This document shows positions 30,899 to 40,496 of a DNA stretch of 64,000 bases, piece after piece (the stretch's first letter is position 1; the number at the start of each line of letters is the position of its first letter). The notes under the pieces were generated by a model. The model was not told the DNA's origin. It searched no databases and was given only the letters and a program-made list of their open reading frames with translations. The DNA comes from a virus, in the IMG/VR virus record IMGVR_UViG_3300021961_000038, positions 49,407 to 113,406 of that record. One strand, written 5' to 3'. Both the position numbers and the translations under genes were made by a program.

Positions 30899-32178
30899 TA
30901 AGCCGCCTGTAAATCATAATGGCAAGTAATACCATGAGGTGCTTCAATTGACTTATCAGAATGAATTACCCAAATAGTATCACAGTAGTTTTCGTCTCCC
31001 CAATTCCATGAATAGCCATCTGTAAACACAATAAGTTTTTTAGGTTCAATACCATTGTCTTTCATGTATCTCCAGTTAGCATCAAAGTCGGTACCGCCTC
31101 CACCGTGAAGTTCGTAGTCAACAATGCTTTCTCCAGAATCAGGAGTAAAGTCTTGTTCGTTATAAACTTCAGTGTCAAAGCACCATACTTTAATTTTGTA
31201 ATCATCATATTGATCACAAATACCTTTAACTTCGCCTAGGAAATCTTCTGTTTCTTTGCTACCAATTGATCCTGACATATCAAGTGCAATAGCAATATCA
31301 ATTGTTTGATCAAAGTCCATGCCTGGCAGTACAGCACCAGTATGCCATCCTTTACGTGAAGGACGCATAAAAGTATAATTGCTTTTCATTACACTTTGAA
31401 TCTGTTGATTCAACAGTTCACGCCAGTTCATTTTAGGATCAGTAAGATCTTTAATAATTCGTGCTACACCTTTAGGAACATTACCAACACCAGCCGCCTG
31501 TGCCGCTGATACCATAGCCTCTTTAATTTCATCGCGAATTTTTTTAAGTTCTTCTTTGCTATAAGAAGGTTTCTTGCCATCAGCACCTTTAGGCTTTTTA
31601 GTATCGCCATGGGGGCCTTGACCTTTGCCTTTTTCCCAATCAATGTGTTCGTCAAGAAGTTTACCCAACTGTTTAAGTTGTTCTTCATCATACTTTTTGT
31701 AGATGTCATCATACACAGCCTCTGATGCCCAACCGTAATACTTTGGATCATGAAAGGGTTTAACCTGTGTGATTACTTCACCGATGTTATGACGAATCAA
31801 ATCACCGTTAACACAATAGTCGGCGGCAATGTTATAAATTTGAGAATCACGATCATCTCTACGTGTAAAGTGATCATATACACAGTGTAGGATTTCGTGT
31901 CCAAATAGGAATTCTGTTTGTTTTTGAGTTAAACTATCAACAAAGTTTTCATTGTAATAGAAGTTACGTCCGTCTGTTGCGGCCGTTGAACACCAATCAG
32001 TAGCATCGATAATCTTAAGACGTGTAGCAAGGTTACCAAAAAATGGTTGACGAATTAACAAGGCAATACGTGCCGTTGTTAATTTTTCTTTTACTTTAGC
32101 ACCGTCGATTGAAGGATTACGTTCGTAGATCTTACCCTCGATCATGCTTTGTTCTACTGCGGTTGTTGCCTGTGACAT
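30898..32178 (-). CDS. metallopeptidase-like (HExxH) plus VWA domain protein (DUF2201-like)
   Basis: TAATDG, HEILH; MIDAS motif DMSGS, GGGGTDF and VFTDG. Confidence 0.88.
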   Translation of the reverse strand: MSQATTAVEQSMIEGKIYERNPSIDGAKVKEKLTTARIALLIRQPFFGNLATRLKIIDATDWCSTAATDGRNFYYNENFVDSLTQKQTEFLFGHEILHCVYDHFTRRDDRDSQIYNIAADYCVNGDLIRHNIGEVITQVKPFHDPKYYGWASEAVYDDIYKKYDEEQLKQLGKLLDEHIDWEKGKGQGPHGDTKKPKGADGKKPSYSKEELKKIRDEIKEAMVSAAQAAGVGNVPKGVARIIKDLTDPKMNWRELLNQQIQSVMKSNYTFMRPSRKGWHTGAVLPGMDFDQTIDIAIALDMSGSIGSKETEDFLGEVKGICDQYDDYKIKVWCFDTEVYNEQDFTPDSGESIVDYELHGGGGTDFDANWRYMKDNGIEPKKLIVFTDGYSWNWGDENYCDTIWVIHSDKSIEAPHGITCHYDLQAA

Positions 32179-32205
32179 TTTTAACTCCTATCTAACTATA
32201 CTTAT

Positions 32206-32233
32206 AGTATAGCATCAAACAGGTATTTGTCAA
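32206..32233 (-). promoter_or_regulatory. sigma70-type promoter of the VWA gene
   Basis: TTGACA-16nt-TATACT with TGn extension on the minus strand. Confidence 0.7.
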
Positions 32234-32234
32234 C

Positions 32235-32810
32235 CTAGAATTGTGATAAAAATGCCTGTTGCATATTCATTTTGGCTTGTAAATAGGACCTAGATTCTTC
32301 CAATTTGACCGGTTTATATTCTCCCGGTTTGAATACATATTCTACCTTTTCACTTGGTAATTTGGACGTTTTTAATCCGTCACCTGCATCTACTACATAA
32401 GGAATAAGATCCGTTTTGGATATAATTGCTACTGAATCTTTATCGCAAATTAACAGAAATTGTGCATACGATTCTGGTAGTGTTCGTCCTTCACTGCTAC
32501 CTCGCGAGTTCATAAGTTGTAGATCTGAAACGTGTTTTTTAGGTTGTTTCTTCTTCCTAGTAAACAAACATCCGTCGCTGTACTTCATTTCAATAGTAAT
32601 ACCGTTTGGTCCAATATGATCAACACCTTCTTGATTTACGTATTGTAGATCTTGATTGCTGAACAATTCTAATGCTTTTTCAAACAAATCACTTTTATCA
32701 AAACGAAGTTTACGTTCATTTAGTTCGTCGCCAATTTGATCTACAAGCGTTACATACTTGTTCCAATCTACATTATTAGACAACCAATTTTTTAAATCTA
32801 CAGTTTGCAC
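32235..32810 (-). CDS. putative PD-(D/E)xK restriction-endonuclease-like nuclease
   Basis: LFEKALE...EGVDHIGPNGITIEMKY (E..D..ExK); GTG start with an AAGGAG Shine-Dalgarno. Confidence 0.55.
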   Translation of the reverse strand: MQTVDLKNWLSNNVDWNKYVTLVDQIGDELNERKLRFDKSDLFEKALELFSNQDLQYVNQEGVDHIGPNGITIEMKYSDGCLFTRKKKQPKKHVSDLQLMNSRGSSEGRTLPESYAQFLLICDKDSVAIISKTDLIPYVVDAGDGLKTSKLPSEKVEYVFKPGEYKPVKLEESRSYLQAKMNMQQAFLSQF

Positions 32811-32835
32811 ACTTTTCTCCTTTGCAACTGTAATT

Positions 32836-32864
32836 ATTATAGATGATTATAACTTATGCGTCAA
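32836..32864 (-). promoter_or_regulatory. sigma70-type promoter of the PD-(D/E)xK gene
   Basis: TTGACG-17nt-TATAAT. Confidence 0.75.
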
Positions 32865-33603
32865 CTGATTTTGATAAAATTTCTTCAAGAAGTTTTTTAT
32901 GATCGTATTTTATTACTTTAGGAATAGGTAATATTATAGTTTCTCGTTGTTTAAAACGTTCGATACTTCTATGAATTATGTAACAGTTTTGTTGTCTGCC
33001 TGTTCCACTAGAATTCCTAGAAACAATTTTTTTACCCTCTTTAAAACCTATTACACTTTGTCGTCCTTTATATTTGCTATTAGGACCGTGTAAATTTTCA
33101 CGCCATTCTAATTCTTTAGCAACAGGATGAATATGATCTTCTATAAAAACATCAACAATATATTTTGTTTGTGTTCGGTCAATACCGTGTCGAACAATTA
33201 TATCTTTGGTATCTATTGTTTTAAATTTAGCAAAACTTTCTGCTTCAAACTTTTTAAAGTTATCTATTGTTTCTTTACCAATAATTGCAGGATCCTCAAT
33301 CATATCGTTTAAATGAGGTAACCCTACTCTACGTTGTACAAGTTCAAGAACAGAATTAAAATGTTCAGGATGACTTACAAAATCTCTGCTTGGTGTGTTT
33401 TTTCTAATATGGGGTTTAAAATTAACTGTTTTGATATTAAGATTGCTAGTATTATAAACTCCGTCTGCAAGATACTTGTCACCCGGAATGTGTGTTGCAT
33501 CTAAACAATCACACATAATCTTTTCCCATTCTTCGGAATCAAGATTATTAGTTTTTAATCCGTAATAAACTCTGGTTTTTAATATATCTAAATTAATTTG
33601 CAT
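32854..33603 (-). CDS. hypothetical protein, possible degenerate PD-(D/E)xK nuclease
   Basis: EEWEKI...YLADGV...LNIKT spacing resembles a restriction-enzyme catalytic core; basic protein, AT-rich gene. Confidence 0.4.
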   Translation of the reverse strand: MQINLDILKTRVYYGLKTNNLDSEEWEKIMCDCLDATHIPGDKYLADGVYNTSNLNIKTVNFKPHIRKNTPSRDFVSHPEHFNSVLELVQRRVGLPHLNDMIEDPAIIGKETIDNFKKFEAESFAKFKTIDTKDIIVRHGIDRTQTKYIVDVFIEDHIHPVAKELEWRENLHGPNSKYKGRQSVIGFKEGKKIVSRNSSGTGRQQNCYIIHRSIERFKQRETIILPIPKVIKYDHKKLLEEILSKSVDA

Positions 33604-34102
33604 CAAATACTTTTTTATAATGTGGTTTTAATTGTTCTAATACTCTATAATATTCTTTTTCGTCCTTGTACAATTTCTTAGGAACTAGATCTCCTGCAAG
33701 TGTACTTTTAATCATATTACAATCCAAACAAAGTGTTTGGGTATTTTGATCGCAATGGCTACCACCGTCTCTTTGCGTTTCAATATGATCTACAAATAAC
33801 ATACCCCATGCAACACGATCACGAATTAATTCATCTTCTATTAGTTTTACTTTAGGATGTTCCCATGGATTATGTCCACAAATTTCGCAAAACCTTTTCT
33901 TATTAAATGTCCACGGACGATCCATTCTAGCAGGACCTCCATACTCTCTTAGTAAGCCTTGATGGTGTTCACAAAGACGTGAGCCTGCTCCTTTGTACTT
34001 AGATGATTGCTCGTTGCAGTAAGGAAGTTTACAAGTTGTGGTTACAGAATTTTTTATACCTGCATAACCTTGTTTGTGTCTTTCGAAAAAATGTCTGCTC
34101 AT
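33593..34102 (-). CDS. HNH endonuclease with an N-terminal zinc-finger-like region
   Basis: CEICG...VDHIETQRDGGSHCDQNTQTLCLDCNMIKS; N-terminal CKLPYC...LCEHH. Confidence 0.82.
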   Translation of the reverse strand: MSRHFFERHKQGYAGIKNSVTTTCKLPYCNEQSSKYKGAGSRLCEHHQGLLREYGGPARMDRPWTFNKKRFCEICGHNPWEHPKVKLIEDELIRDRVAWGMLFVDHIETQRDGGSHCDQNTQTLCLDCNMIKSTLAGDLVPKKLYKDEKEYYRVLEQLKPHYKKVFDAN

Positions 34103-34120
34103 AGCAACCTCTAATAGAGC

Positions 34121-34142
34121 GAGGGGATCCGAAGACCCCCTC
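34121..34142 (-). terminator. cUUCGg hairpin after the AAA gene (no U-tract, so possibly an mRNA stabiliser or attenuator)
   Basis: Minus strand gagggggtc-TTCG-gatcccctc. Confidence 0.6.
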
Positions 34143-34151
34143 TATAGTTAG

Positions 34152-35249
34152 TTAGGACGCCATAGCGGCCTGTACATACTTCCCATACTTACTATGGAAA
34201 CGGTCAAAGTTTTTAAGATCTTTGGGTGAGAACGGCAACTTGTATGTTGCAATAGCCACCCTAGTACCCATCACTACAAGTTCAGTTTCAAAATTGTCCA
34301 TCATAAAGCCGAAGAAATTATCAGCCATAGAATTCCAATCTTTAGCCTTTGCCTTAAAAGCCTCTTGTAGTTCATAGCACATAGAAACTGTTAGTGAGTA
34401 CATCGCTGAGATGTCCTTAGTTTCCATAGACTTAACTTTACCGTTAAGTATGTCTGTTGGATTAGGTAAACTTGAAGCAACCTTACGGTGAGCACCAAAC
34501 TTAACTGCCAACCCTTCTCCGACTGCACCTGACACGAGGTCTGTCAATGTCGATTCTGCCAAGTCGTCGTCGAGAAGTTCGCTCACAAAACTCCAAGAAC
34601 GAGGAGTCGCAAATGCACGTGAACTTGACTTAGGATCAAAATCATAAAGATCTTGTTTTGAAAAAGTCAAGTAACCAACTACATCTGGGTGAATCTTGTG
34701 TTCAGTTGCCCAAACCAACCAGTCTTCAAAATCCACTCGCATTTCCAAGTGAACAAAACGGTTAGCCAATGGTGCCGGCATACGATAAGTTACACCCTTA
34801 TCAGTTTCACGGTTACCTGCGGCAACGATCATTACGTTGTCTGGTAGTACATAAGTACCAACCCTACGATTAAGAATAAGTTGATAAGCCGCCGCTTGTA
34901 CAGCCGGAGCCGCTGAATTCAACTCATCTAAGAATAAAACAATTTTTTTATGCTTCTTGGCCAATTCGGCATCAGGAAGTTCTATAGGTGGTGCCCATTT
35001 CATAGTGTTATCGTTTGCACTATAATAAGGCATACCCTTAATATCTGTTGGATCCCACAACGATAAACGAATATCGATTACGTGAGCATTTAGTTGATCA
35101 CCAATTTGTTTGATGATATCTGATTTACCAATGCCTGGAGGACCCCATAAAAAGATGGGACGCTTCAGCATCATTGCGTGTTGTACAGCCGTCTTCGCTT
35201 CATTAGGCGTAACTGTACGACTTTCAGTTGTTGCAGTTGTTTTTGACAT
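34152..35249 (-). CDS. MoxR-type AAA+ ATPase
   Basis: Walker A GPPGIGKS, Walker B LFLDE, AAGN, PLANRF. Confidence 0.9.
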   Translation of the reverse strand: MSKTTATTESRTVTPNEAKTAVQHAMMLKRPIFLWGPPGIGKSDIIKQIGDQLNAHVIDIRLSLWDPTDIKGMPYYSANDNTMKWAPPIELPDAELAKKHKKIVLFLDELNSAAPAVQAAAYQLILNRRVGTYVLPDNVMIVAAGNRETDKGVTYRMPAPLANRFVHLEMRVDFEDWLVWATEHKIHPDVVGYLTFSKQDLYDFDPKSSSRAFATPRSWSFVSELLDDDLAESTLTDLVSGAVGEGLAVKFGAHRKVASSLPNPTDILNGKVKSMETKDISAMYSLTVSMCYELQEAFKAKAKDWNSMADNFFGFMMDNFETELVVMGTRVAIATYKLPFSPKDLKNFDRFHSKYGKYVQAAMAS

Positions 35250-35286
35250 TATTGACCTCTCTTTGTTTGTTACTAACTATAATATA

Positions 35287-35314
35287 ATAATAACATCAAA
35301 CAGGGATTTGTCAA
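35287..35314 (-). promoter_or_regulatory. sigma70-type promoter of the AAA gene (near-duplicate of the VWA promoter)
   Basis: TTGACA-16nt-TATTAT; 21/22 nt identical to 32213-32234. Confidence 0.7.
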
Positions 35315-35360
35315 CTGTTTTTCCAAATTAATTTTGGAAAAAACTGTCCAAAATGAGGTG

Positions 35361-35753
35361 TTATTCTGCGGAAATTTCTTTAGCCATTGCACGGGCCAAC
35401 CCATATTGCTTGATATCGCCAGCAAACATCATAAGTTGTAGTGCCATCTTTTCGCTAAAAACAAAGATTCTTTTCTTTGTAACAAAATACGGACAGTCAA
35501 TAAATTCGTCTAGATAAAGGAATACTTGAGGAGTAAATTGTATCTCGTTTGGAAATCCAATTTCATATGTTTGAAGTTCTGCTTTATCGGTTGCATACTC
35601 AAACCCTTGCCTTGTAAGACGCATACCCTGAGCACCTTTTTCTCTAGTATTCTGCCACCAAAGCATATAGTTCTTTTTAATTGCTTCAGGTGATTTGTCT
35701 TCTTCACCAGCACCTATCATAAAGGTTTTGGTGTAGGCATACTTAATATCCAT
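35361..35753 (-). CDS. hypothetical protein
   Basis: 130-aa ORF in the operon. Confidence 0.65.
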   Translation of the reverse strand: MDIKYAYTKTFMIGAGEEDKSPEAIKKNYMLWWQNTREKGAQGMRLTRQGFEYATDKAELQTYEIGFPNEIQFTPQVFLYLDEFIDCPYFVTKKRIFVFSEKMALQLMMFAGDIKQYGLARAMAKEISAE

Positions 35754-36035
35754 CTAAATTTTTTCGCCTGTAGTTAATTTGTAAACAGCGAAATCCTCTA
35801 CTTTGTACATAGCATTTAATTTCTTTGCTAGATTATGTGCATGACCTGGATTAGAAAAACTAACTTTTTTATATTTTGGACCTGGTACTGGGGAAACCAT
35901 ATTTGATGTTTTTAGATTAAAGGGTTTTCCTTTGTAAAAAACTGCCCATATGGCATCAGCCTGAAGCACCTGTTCAGTCTTGTAAGTATTCTTGTCAGTA
36001 TGATCTAACAAAATAGTTGGCTTTGGTCTGCTCAT
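35754..36035 (-). CDS. hypothetical basic protein
   Basis: 93-aa ORF, AAGGA Shine-Dalgarno, TAAATA upstream at 36068-36073. Confidence 0.65.
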   Translation of the reverse strand: MSRPKPTILLDHTDKNTYKTEQVLQADAIWAVFYKGKPFNLKTSNMVSPVPGPKYKKVSFSNPGHAHNLAKKLNAMYKVEDFAVYKLTTGEKI

Positions 36036-36080
36036 TATACGTAATTCCTTTAAATTAACTACGTATATATTTATCTGATA

Positions 36081-36302
36081 TTAGAAAGATCCGCCATCCA
36101 TTTGCACGTCGATTGCTTCTTCTTGTTTAGGTTGTGCGTCCTGTAACTCAACTAGACGTGCTAACACCATTGCAATAGAGTCTGCTAGTGCTTTAAATGT
36201 GTCTTTTGACAGCATTAATTCTTTTTGTTGTGTTTTTGTAGCAATACGAACAGAATCAAGAAACTGTTCAATAGCAACTGTATTAAGAGGCTTTCGAGAC
36301 AT
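36081..36302 (-). CDS. hypothetical protein
   Basis: 73-aa ORF overlapping the end of the upstream gene. Confidence 0.6.
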   Translation of the reverse strand: MSRKPLNTVAIEQFLDSVRIATKTQQKELMLSKDTFKALADSIAMVLARLVELQDAQPKQEEAIDVQMDGGSF

Positions 36303-36753
36303 TTGATAGTACCTGTTTCATTTCGAATTCAGTTTTAAACGGACCTTTGTATCCGTAACGTTGTAGTGTAATAAGTTTAGGACAAAATGATTTAACCCAT
36401 CCTTTAGCAAATTTAATGCAATAATAACCAGCACAGTAAAGGCTTTTTGACTTTCTACTTTTGCTGTACAAAGGTAACGCATTCTTTACATCATATAAAG
36501 GATTGTAAGGTGTTGTTGAAGTAGGATATTCATACACTTCTAAAACCTTTTGATTTTTTGTTTTTGCTTTAACTATTTCTTCAAAGAAGTCATTACCAAA
36601 AGTACTGTAAATATCTTCTTTTGTATCAAACCTAATTTTTTCCATCTTAGTCACAAAATAATAACAATTGGTGTCCTTCTGCAAGGTCCCAACTTTCTTT
36701 CCATTATCTTGCACGATCCAAAATTTATTAGGCACTAACGGCTTGGCTTGCAT
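36283..36753 (-). CDS. hypothetical protein
   Basis: GGAGG Shine-Dalgarno before the ATG at 36753 (MQAKPLV...). Confidence 0.65.
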   Translation of the reverse strand: MQAKPLVPNKFWIVQDNGKKVGTLQKDTNCYYFVTKMEKIRFDTKEDIYSTFGNDFFEEIVKAKTKNQKVLEVYEYPTSTTPYNPLYDVKNALPLYSKSRKSKSLYCAGYYCIKFAKGWVKSFCPKLITLQRYGYKGPFKTEFEMKQVLSNVSKAS

Positions 36754-37741
36754 ATTTTCCTCCATATTTTGCATTTAACGGTTCTGCGTAACTTTGTGCT
36801 TGTTCTGTTATTCTATTAAGTTCGTAACTACTTGCAAACTTAACAAGTCTTACGCCAACCTGTTGAATATCTTTGTTAGCAGAAATACCCTCTGCTATTG
36901 TTACATTAATTAATTCTTTAATATCTTTTGGTTGTGCAGTTAAATCACAAAGTACTACATTACGATTATAATCATCTAGCACACGATGTTCTTTACCTTC
37001 ATGATCAACCCAACGTTGTAACATTAAGTTATTCCAGTTATAACCTTTAGACTTTCTATCTTCAAATGCTTCTTGTAAACCGACTTTGCTCTTTGTACCT
37101 TTTACACGAACACCCGGATATGCACTAAAAACATTATCACTTGTGTCTCCACGCATACATTTTTCAAACAACAGCCATTCAGGATTAGGTGCAGACTTTT
37201 CTTCTTTAGTTTTTTTATCTATAACACGAGCACCTTTTTCATCAAAATAACCTTCGTGTGTAGTTGTTATTTTCATTACACCATTGTATTGTTTTACATT
37301 AGGAGCAATCAATTGTGCAAAGTCACCATCTGTGCTAATAACAACATGATCGTCTTCAGGATGTGCTTGAATCCAGCCTGCAATTAAATCATCTGCTTCT
37401 AGTTGTGGATGCTGTAATACTGTGCAATTTGTCTTAGTTTCAACAAATTGTTTAAATTCGTCAAAGGTTTCCCAAAAGATTTTATCTTCTTCTTGTTGTG
37501 CTACTGTTAGTGCATCGCGACTTTCCTGTCTATTGCGTTTATAAGGTGCATAAAAGTCTTTACGCCAACTTCTTCCTTCTAAACAGAATACAACATGACT
37601 GCCGTCAAAGTCCTTCCACGCTTTTCTAATACTTCCAAAGGTTGCGTGTAAGGCCATACCTATCTTAATATCAGCATCACCTCTTACGGCGTGTCTAGCA
37701 CGGAAAAATGTATTTGCTGTGTCTACAAGTATGTATGTCAT
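36728..37741 (-). CDS. rnh: T4-type RNase H / 5'-3' flap exonuclease
   Basis: ILVDTAN, SWRKDFYAPYKRNR, LEADDLI, ISTDGDFAQL, GDTSDNV. Confidence 0.9.
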   Translation of the reverse strand: MTYILVDTANTFFRARHAVRGDADIKIGMALHATFGSIRKAWKDFDGSHVVFCLEGRSWRKDFYAPYKRNRQESRDALTVAQQEEDKIFWETFDEFKQFVETKTNCTVLQHPQLEADDLIAGWIQAHPEDDHVVISTDGDFAQLIAPNVKQYNGVMKITTTHEGYFDEKGARVIDKKTKEEKSAPNPEWLLFEKCMRGDTSDNVFSAYPGVRVKGTKSKVGLQEAFEDRKSKGYNWNNLMLQRWVDHEGKEHRVLDDYNRNVVLCDLTAQPKDIKELINVTIAEGISANKDIQQVGVRLVKFASSYELNRITEQAQSYAEPLNAKYGGKYASQAVSA

Positions 37742-37743
37742 TA

Positions 37744-38415
37744 CTAAACCTTTATAAATTCTATTTCGTTGCCGTTTGTAAATTTATCACCTTCAACATA
37801 TAAATCAAATGCTAAACTTACTCTTTCTTTATTTTCTGTATGTTTCTCAACACTGTGTTTAACATAACTAGGAAAGATTGTTAATCCACCTTTTACATTA
37901 TTAAACAATTTTACATTCTTTTCGTTAAATGGGCAATAGTATAATGTACTCGTTTTGTAGTTGTCCAAATGCATATTACCACTTAGATATGCATACTCAC
38001 CTGATCCATGATCGTGTGCTTCAAATTCTTGACCCTGTCTTACTACATTTGCCCAACTTAGAAAAACACAGTTTCTTACTTTACCGTTTGAATATTCATC
38101 AATAAATTTAACATATTGATGTTTAATAAAAGAAAAAATATTTTTAAATGCCGGAATATCTCTAGTTAATTTAAACAAATTAAAATAAGGATATTTACTG
38201 GTCAAACTATCACTGCCTAATCCAGTGCCGCCATCGCCGTGTGTTCTGTGACTTGGATCATTAAACTGTTCGATAATTTTCTTTTCATTATTAATAATCC
38301 ATTCTCTTGCAAAATCAATATCTGCAGGATTTGTATACACAGAGTTCCAAAAAGGTATGTTCCAACTCGGTGCAAATTCTGTTTGTGGATGAGAACTTTT
38401 CCAAGTCTGGAGCAT
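37744..38415 (-). CDS. 2OG-Fe(II) oxygenase-like protein
   Basis: SWANV...HDH...LSGNMHL...IFPSYVKHSV...RVSLAFD. Confidence 0.8.
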   Translation of the reverse strand: MLQTWKSSHPQTEFAPSWNIPFWNSVYTNPADIDFAREWIINNEKKIIEQFNDPSHRTHGDGGTGLGSDSLTSKYPYFNLFKLTRDIPAFKNIFSFIKHQYVKFIDEYSNGKVRNCVFLSWANVVRQGQEFEAHDHGSGEYAYLSGNMHLDNYKTSTLYYCPFNEKNVKLFNNVKGGLTIFPSYVKHSVEKHTENKERVSLAFDLYVEGDKFTNGNEIEFIKV

Positions 38416-38780
38416 CAACTTACCTCTGATTTATTATCACCAATTTTTTTAGTGTTGATATAACCAGCACCCATTGGATTATCGTCACTAGCAACACCTT
38501 CATCTTTTGCAATATTACCGCAAAGTTCTTTAAACCATGCATCTACAATTTCTTCTTCGCTATCACCTTGATAACCATTTAATCTAAGATCACGAACAAA
38601 ATACTCATTCCAGTCCAGTTCAAAGAAACCATTACGTGGATTATCTTTTTTCATTTCAACATTAACAACTGTTATGTAAGGTTGTTTCTTTTTTGTTGCT
38701 TCTGCTTTTGCATCTGTAGTAACAGTTTTACTAACAGGCTTTTCTTTTTTAGCAAACAAGTTTTTTAGTTTATCAATCAT
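38415..38780 (-). CDS. hypothetical protein
   Basis: 121-aa ORF directly downstream of queE (GFFELDWN motif). Confidence 0.65.
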   Translation of the reverse strand: MIDKLKNLFAKKEKPVSKTVTTDAKAEATKKKQPYITVVNVEMKKDNPRNGFFELDWNEYFVRDLRLNGYQGDSEEEIVDAWFKELCGNIAKDEGVASDDNPMGAGYINTKKIGDNKSEVS

Positions 38781-38834
38781 AATGCTCCTCGTTTTCTCAT
38801 TTCTTCTAGTTTGTCAATTTCTCCATTTAAATTT

Positions 38835-39719
38835 TTATGTTCCCCACGCATTGCCGAAGATGTCGACGTGTAGTCTGGGGGTATAACGCCACCCTCGCTC
38901 CATTGCCAATCTTGCGACTCCTTTTGTGTTGAGCGTGTATTCTTCGTGTCTGCCACCCAAGGGCATAACATATACAGGGACATCAATCCCTGCTTCACGG
39001 TATTGACCAACCGCTTTAGAAACTTCGTCCACGTCTTGTTCATCAGCCACAACAAACTTGAAGTACATATCACTGTTAGGTATGTTATAGTATGATAAAG
39101 CAATTTCAGGCTGTATCGCATCACCCCAAGACTCTCCTGAAACGGAAAGTTTCGGACTGCACGACCAAGTGATTTTAATTCTATCTTGAGATCCGAGGTA
39201 CTCTCTGAAATCTCCTCTAAGTGCTTGTGTTGTATTTGTTTCAAATGTAACATTTTTTAAGTCTCTCATTCTAGGATGCTCAAATAATTCTATATAGAGT
39301 CGTTGCCATCCTAATAGTGGTTCCCCACCAGTTAAAATAAAATGAACATCCTGTCCGTTTGACATAGTCCATTTGCCTTCAGGAGTTAAACTAAGAATAT
39401 AGTCTACTACCTGATCAACATCATGATCCTTCATGTATTTTTTAAACTCAGGATAGATACTTGCATATGTATCACAGCCTGTGTGAATAATAGGAAGGTC
39501 TTCAAATGTTTCTACTTTATTTGTAATACCTTCGTCCAAAAGTTTTTTTACTTCTGGATTATATTTAACGCCTGTTTCACGCATTGGAGTACCTCTCGGT
39601 AATCCAAAGTTCATGCAACGAAAGTTACAACCAAAGGTACGCAAGAATACACTAGGAACTCCTACATATCGACCTTCACCTTGTATGCTATAAAAGGCTT
39701 CACTATATCTTAATTTCAT
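38835..39719 (-). CDS. queE: 7-carboxy-7-deazaguanine synthase (radical SAM)
   Basis: EAFYSIQGEG..GVPSVFLRTFGCNFRC...GCDT, LTGGEPLL, FETN, SCSPKL, PRLHV. Confidence 0.9.
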   Translation of the reverse strand: MKLRYSEAFYSIQGEGRYVGVPSVFLRTFGCNFRCMNFGLPRGTPMRETGVKYNPEVKKLLDEGITNKVETFEDLPIIHTGCDTYASIYPEFKKYMKDHDVDQVVDYILSLTPEGKWTMSNGQDVHFILTGGEPLLGWQRLYIELFEHPRMRDLKNVTFETNTTQALRGDFREYLGSQDRIKITWSCSPKLSVSGESWGDAIQPEIALSYYNIPNSDMYFKFVVADEQDVDEVSKAVGQYREAGIDVPVYVMPLGGRHEEYTLNTKGVARLAMERGWRYTPRLHVDIFGNAWGT

Positions 39720-39742
39720 TCTATTCAACTCCTATACTATAT

Positions 39743-39771
39743 AATATAGTACATATTTAGGTTTTTGTCAA
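39743..39771 (-). promoter_or_regulatory. queE promoter: sigma70 element with an embedded TAAATA
   Basis: TTGACA-17nt-TATATT; the spacer contains TAAATA (39754-39759). Confidence 0.65.
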
Positions 39772-39773
39772 GT

Positions 39774-40496
39774 CTATTCTACAATATTTCTTTTTATTAT
39801 CTTCAAAACTCGTTTTTGCATATTAGCATTAACAAAGTAATCGTAGAGTTTCTTTAAAGGAACCACACCAAACGTATTTTTGGTTAATGTACTACAAATC
39901 CAACTTGGGTGTTTTTCTGCCATTAAACGCATTTCAGCATCATCAAATTCAATTAAATTGATTTTATCATTGGTATTAAAACGAATGTAAATTAACGGAT
40001 CACCCTCTTTAATTATGAGTTGACGTGCATCATTATTAATTAAAAATGTTGGTTTCCAAAGATGAAACCATTTTCCAATATCAAATGTAGCACTTAACAC
40101 TCTTGTATTTCTTGTAAAACTATTTAGATCGTAATAAGCAGGTAATTGAGTTGCTTCCAAACTTTGTTCAGCAAAGAAGTAATAAGAAAATGCTAATTGA
40201 TGTAAACCACGTTTTCCTTGTGGAGCACCAAAGAAGTGTTGAACAAATTCATTGCTTTGACCTTGTATATCCCAATTTCCATCGGGCAGGATATTAATTG
40301 AAATATCTATAGGTGCTTTAATAACAATAGTATTTTTCATTTCATTTGTTACTGGTGTGCATCTATAAGCCATTTCTCCTAGAAAGTCTTTTACATCTAA
40401 ATGCTTAATTAAAGTTATAGGAGCAGGATACCTTAGTTCACTAATGTGCCCCGGTGAATTCATAGGTTCTGTTGCTCTACACCAATAAATGTTCAT
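39774..40496 (-). CDS. hypothetical protein (beta-rich)
   Basis: 240-aa ORF, ATGA-coupled to the HIT gene. Confidence 0.6.
   Translation of the reverse strand: MNIYWCRATEPMNSPGHISELRYPAPITLIKHLDVKDFLGEMAYRCTPVTNEMKNTIVIKAPIDISINILPDGNWDIQGQSNEFVQHFFGAPQGKRGLHQLAFSYYFFAEQSLEATQLPAYYDLNSFTRNTRVLSATFDIGKWFHLWKPTFLINNDARQLIIKEGDPLIYIRFNTNDKINLIEFDDAEMRLMAEKHPSWICSTLTKNTFGVVPLKKLYDYFVNANMQKRVLKIIKRNIVE

Noticed and set aside
38777-39253. 158-aa alternative-frame ORF overlapping queE
   Set aside because: Almost wholly inside queE on the same strand with no recognisable motif; treated as a shadow ORF.
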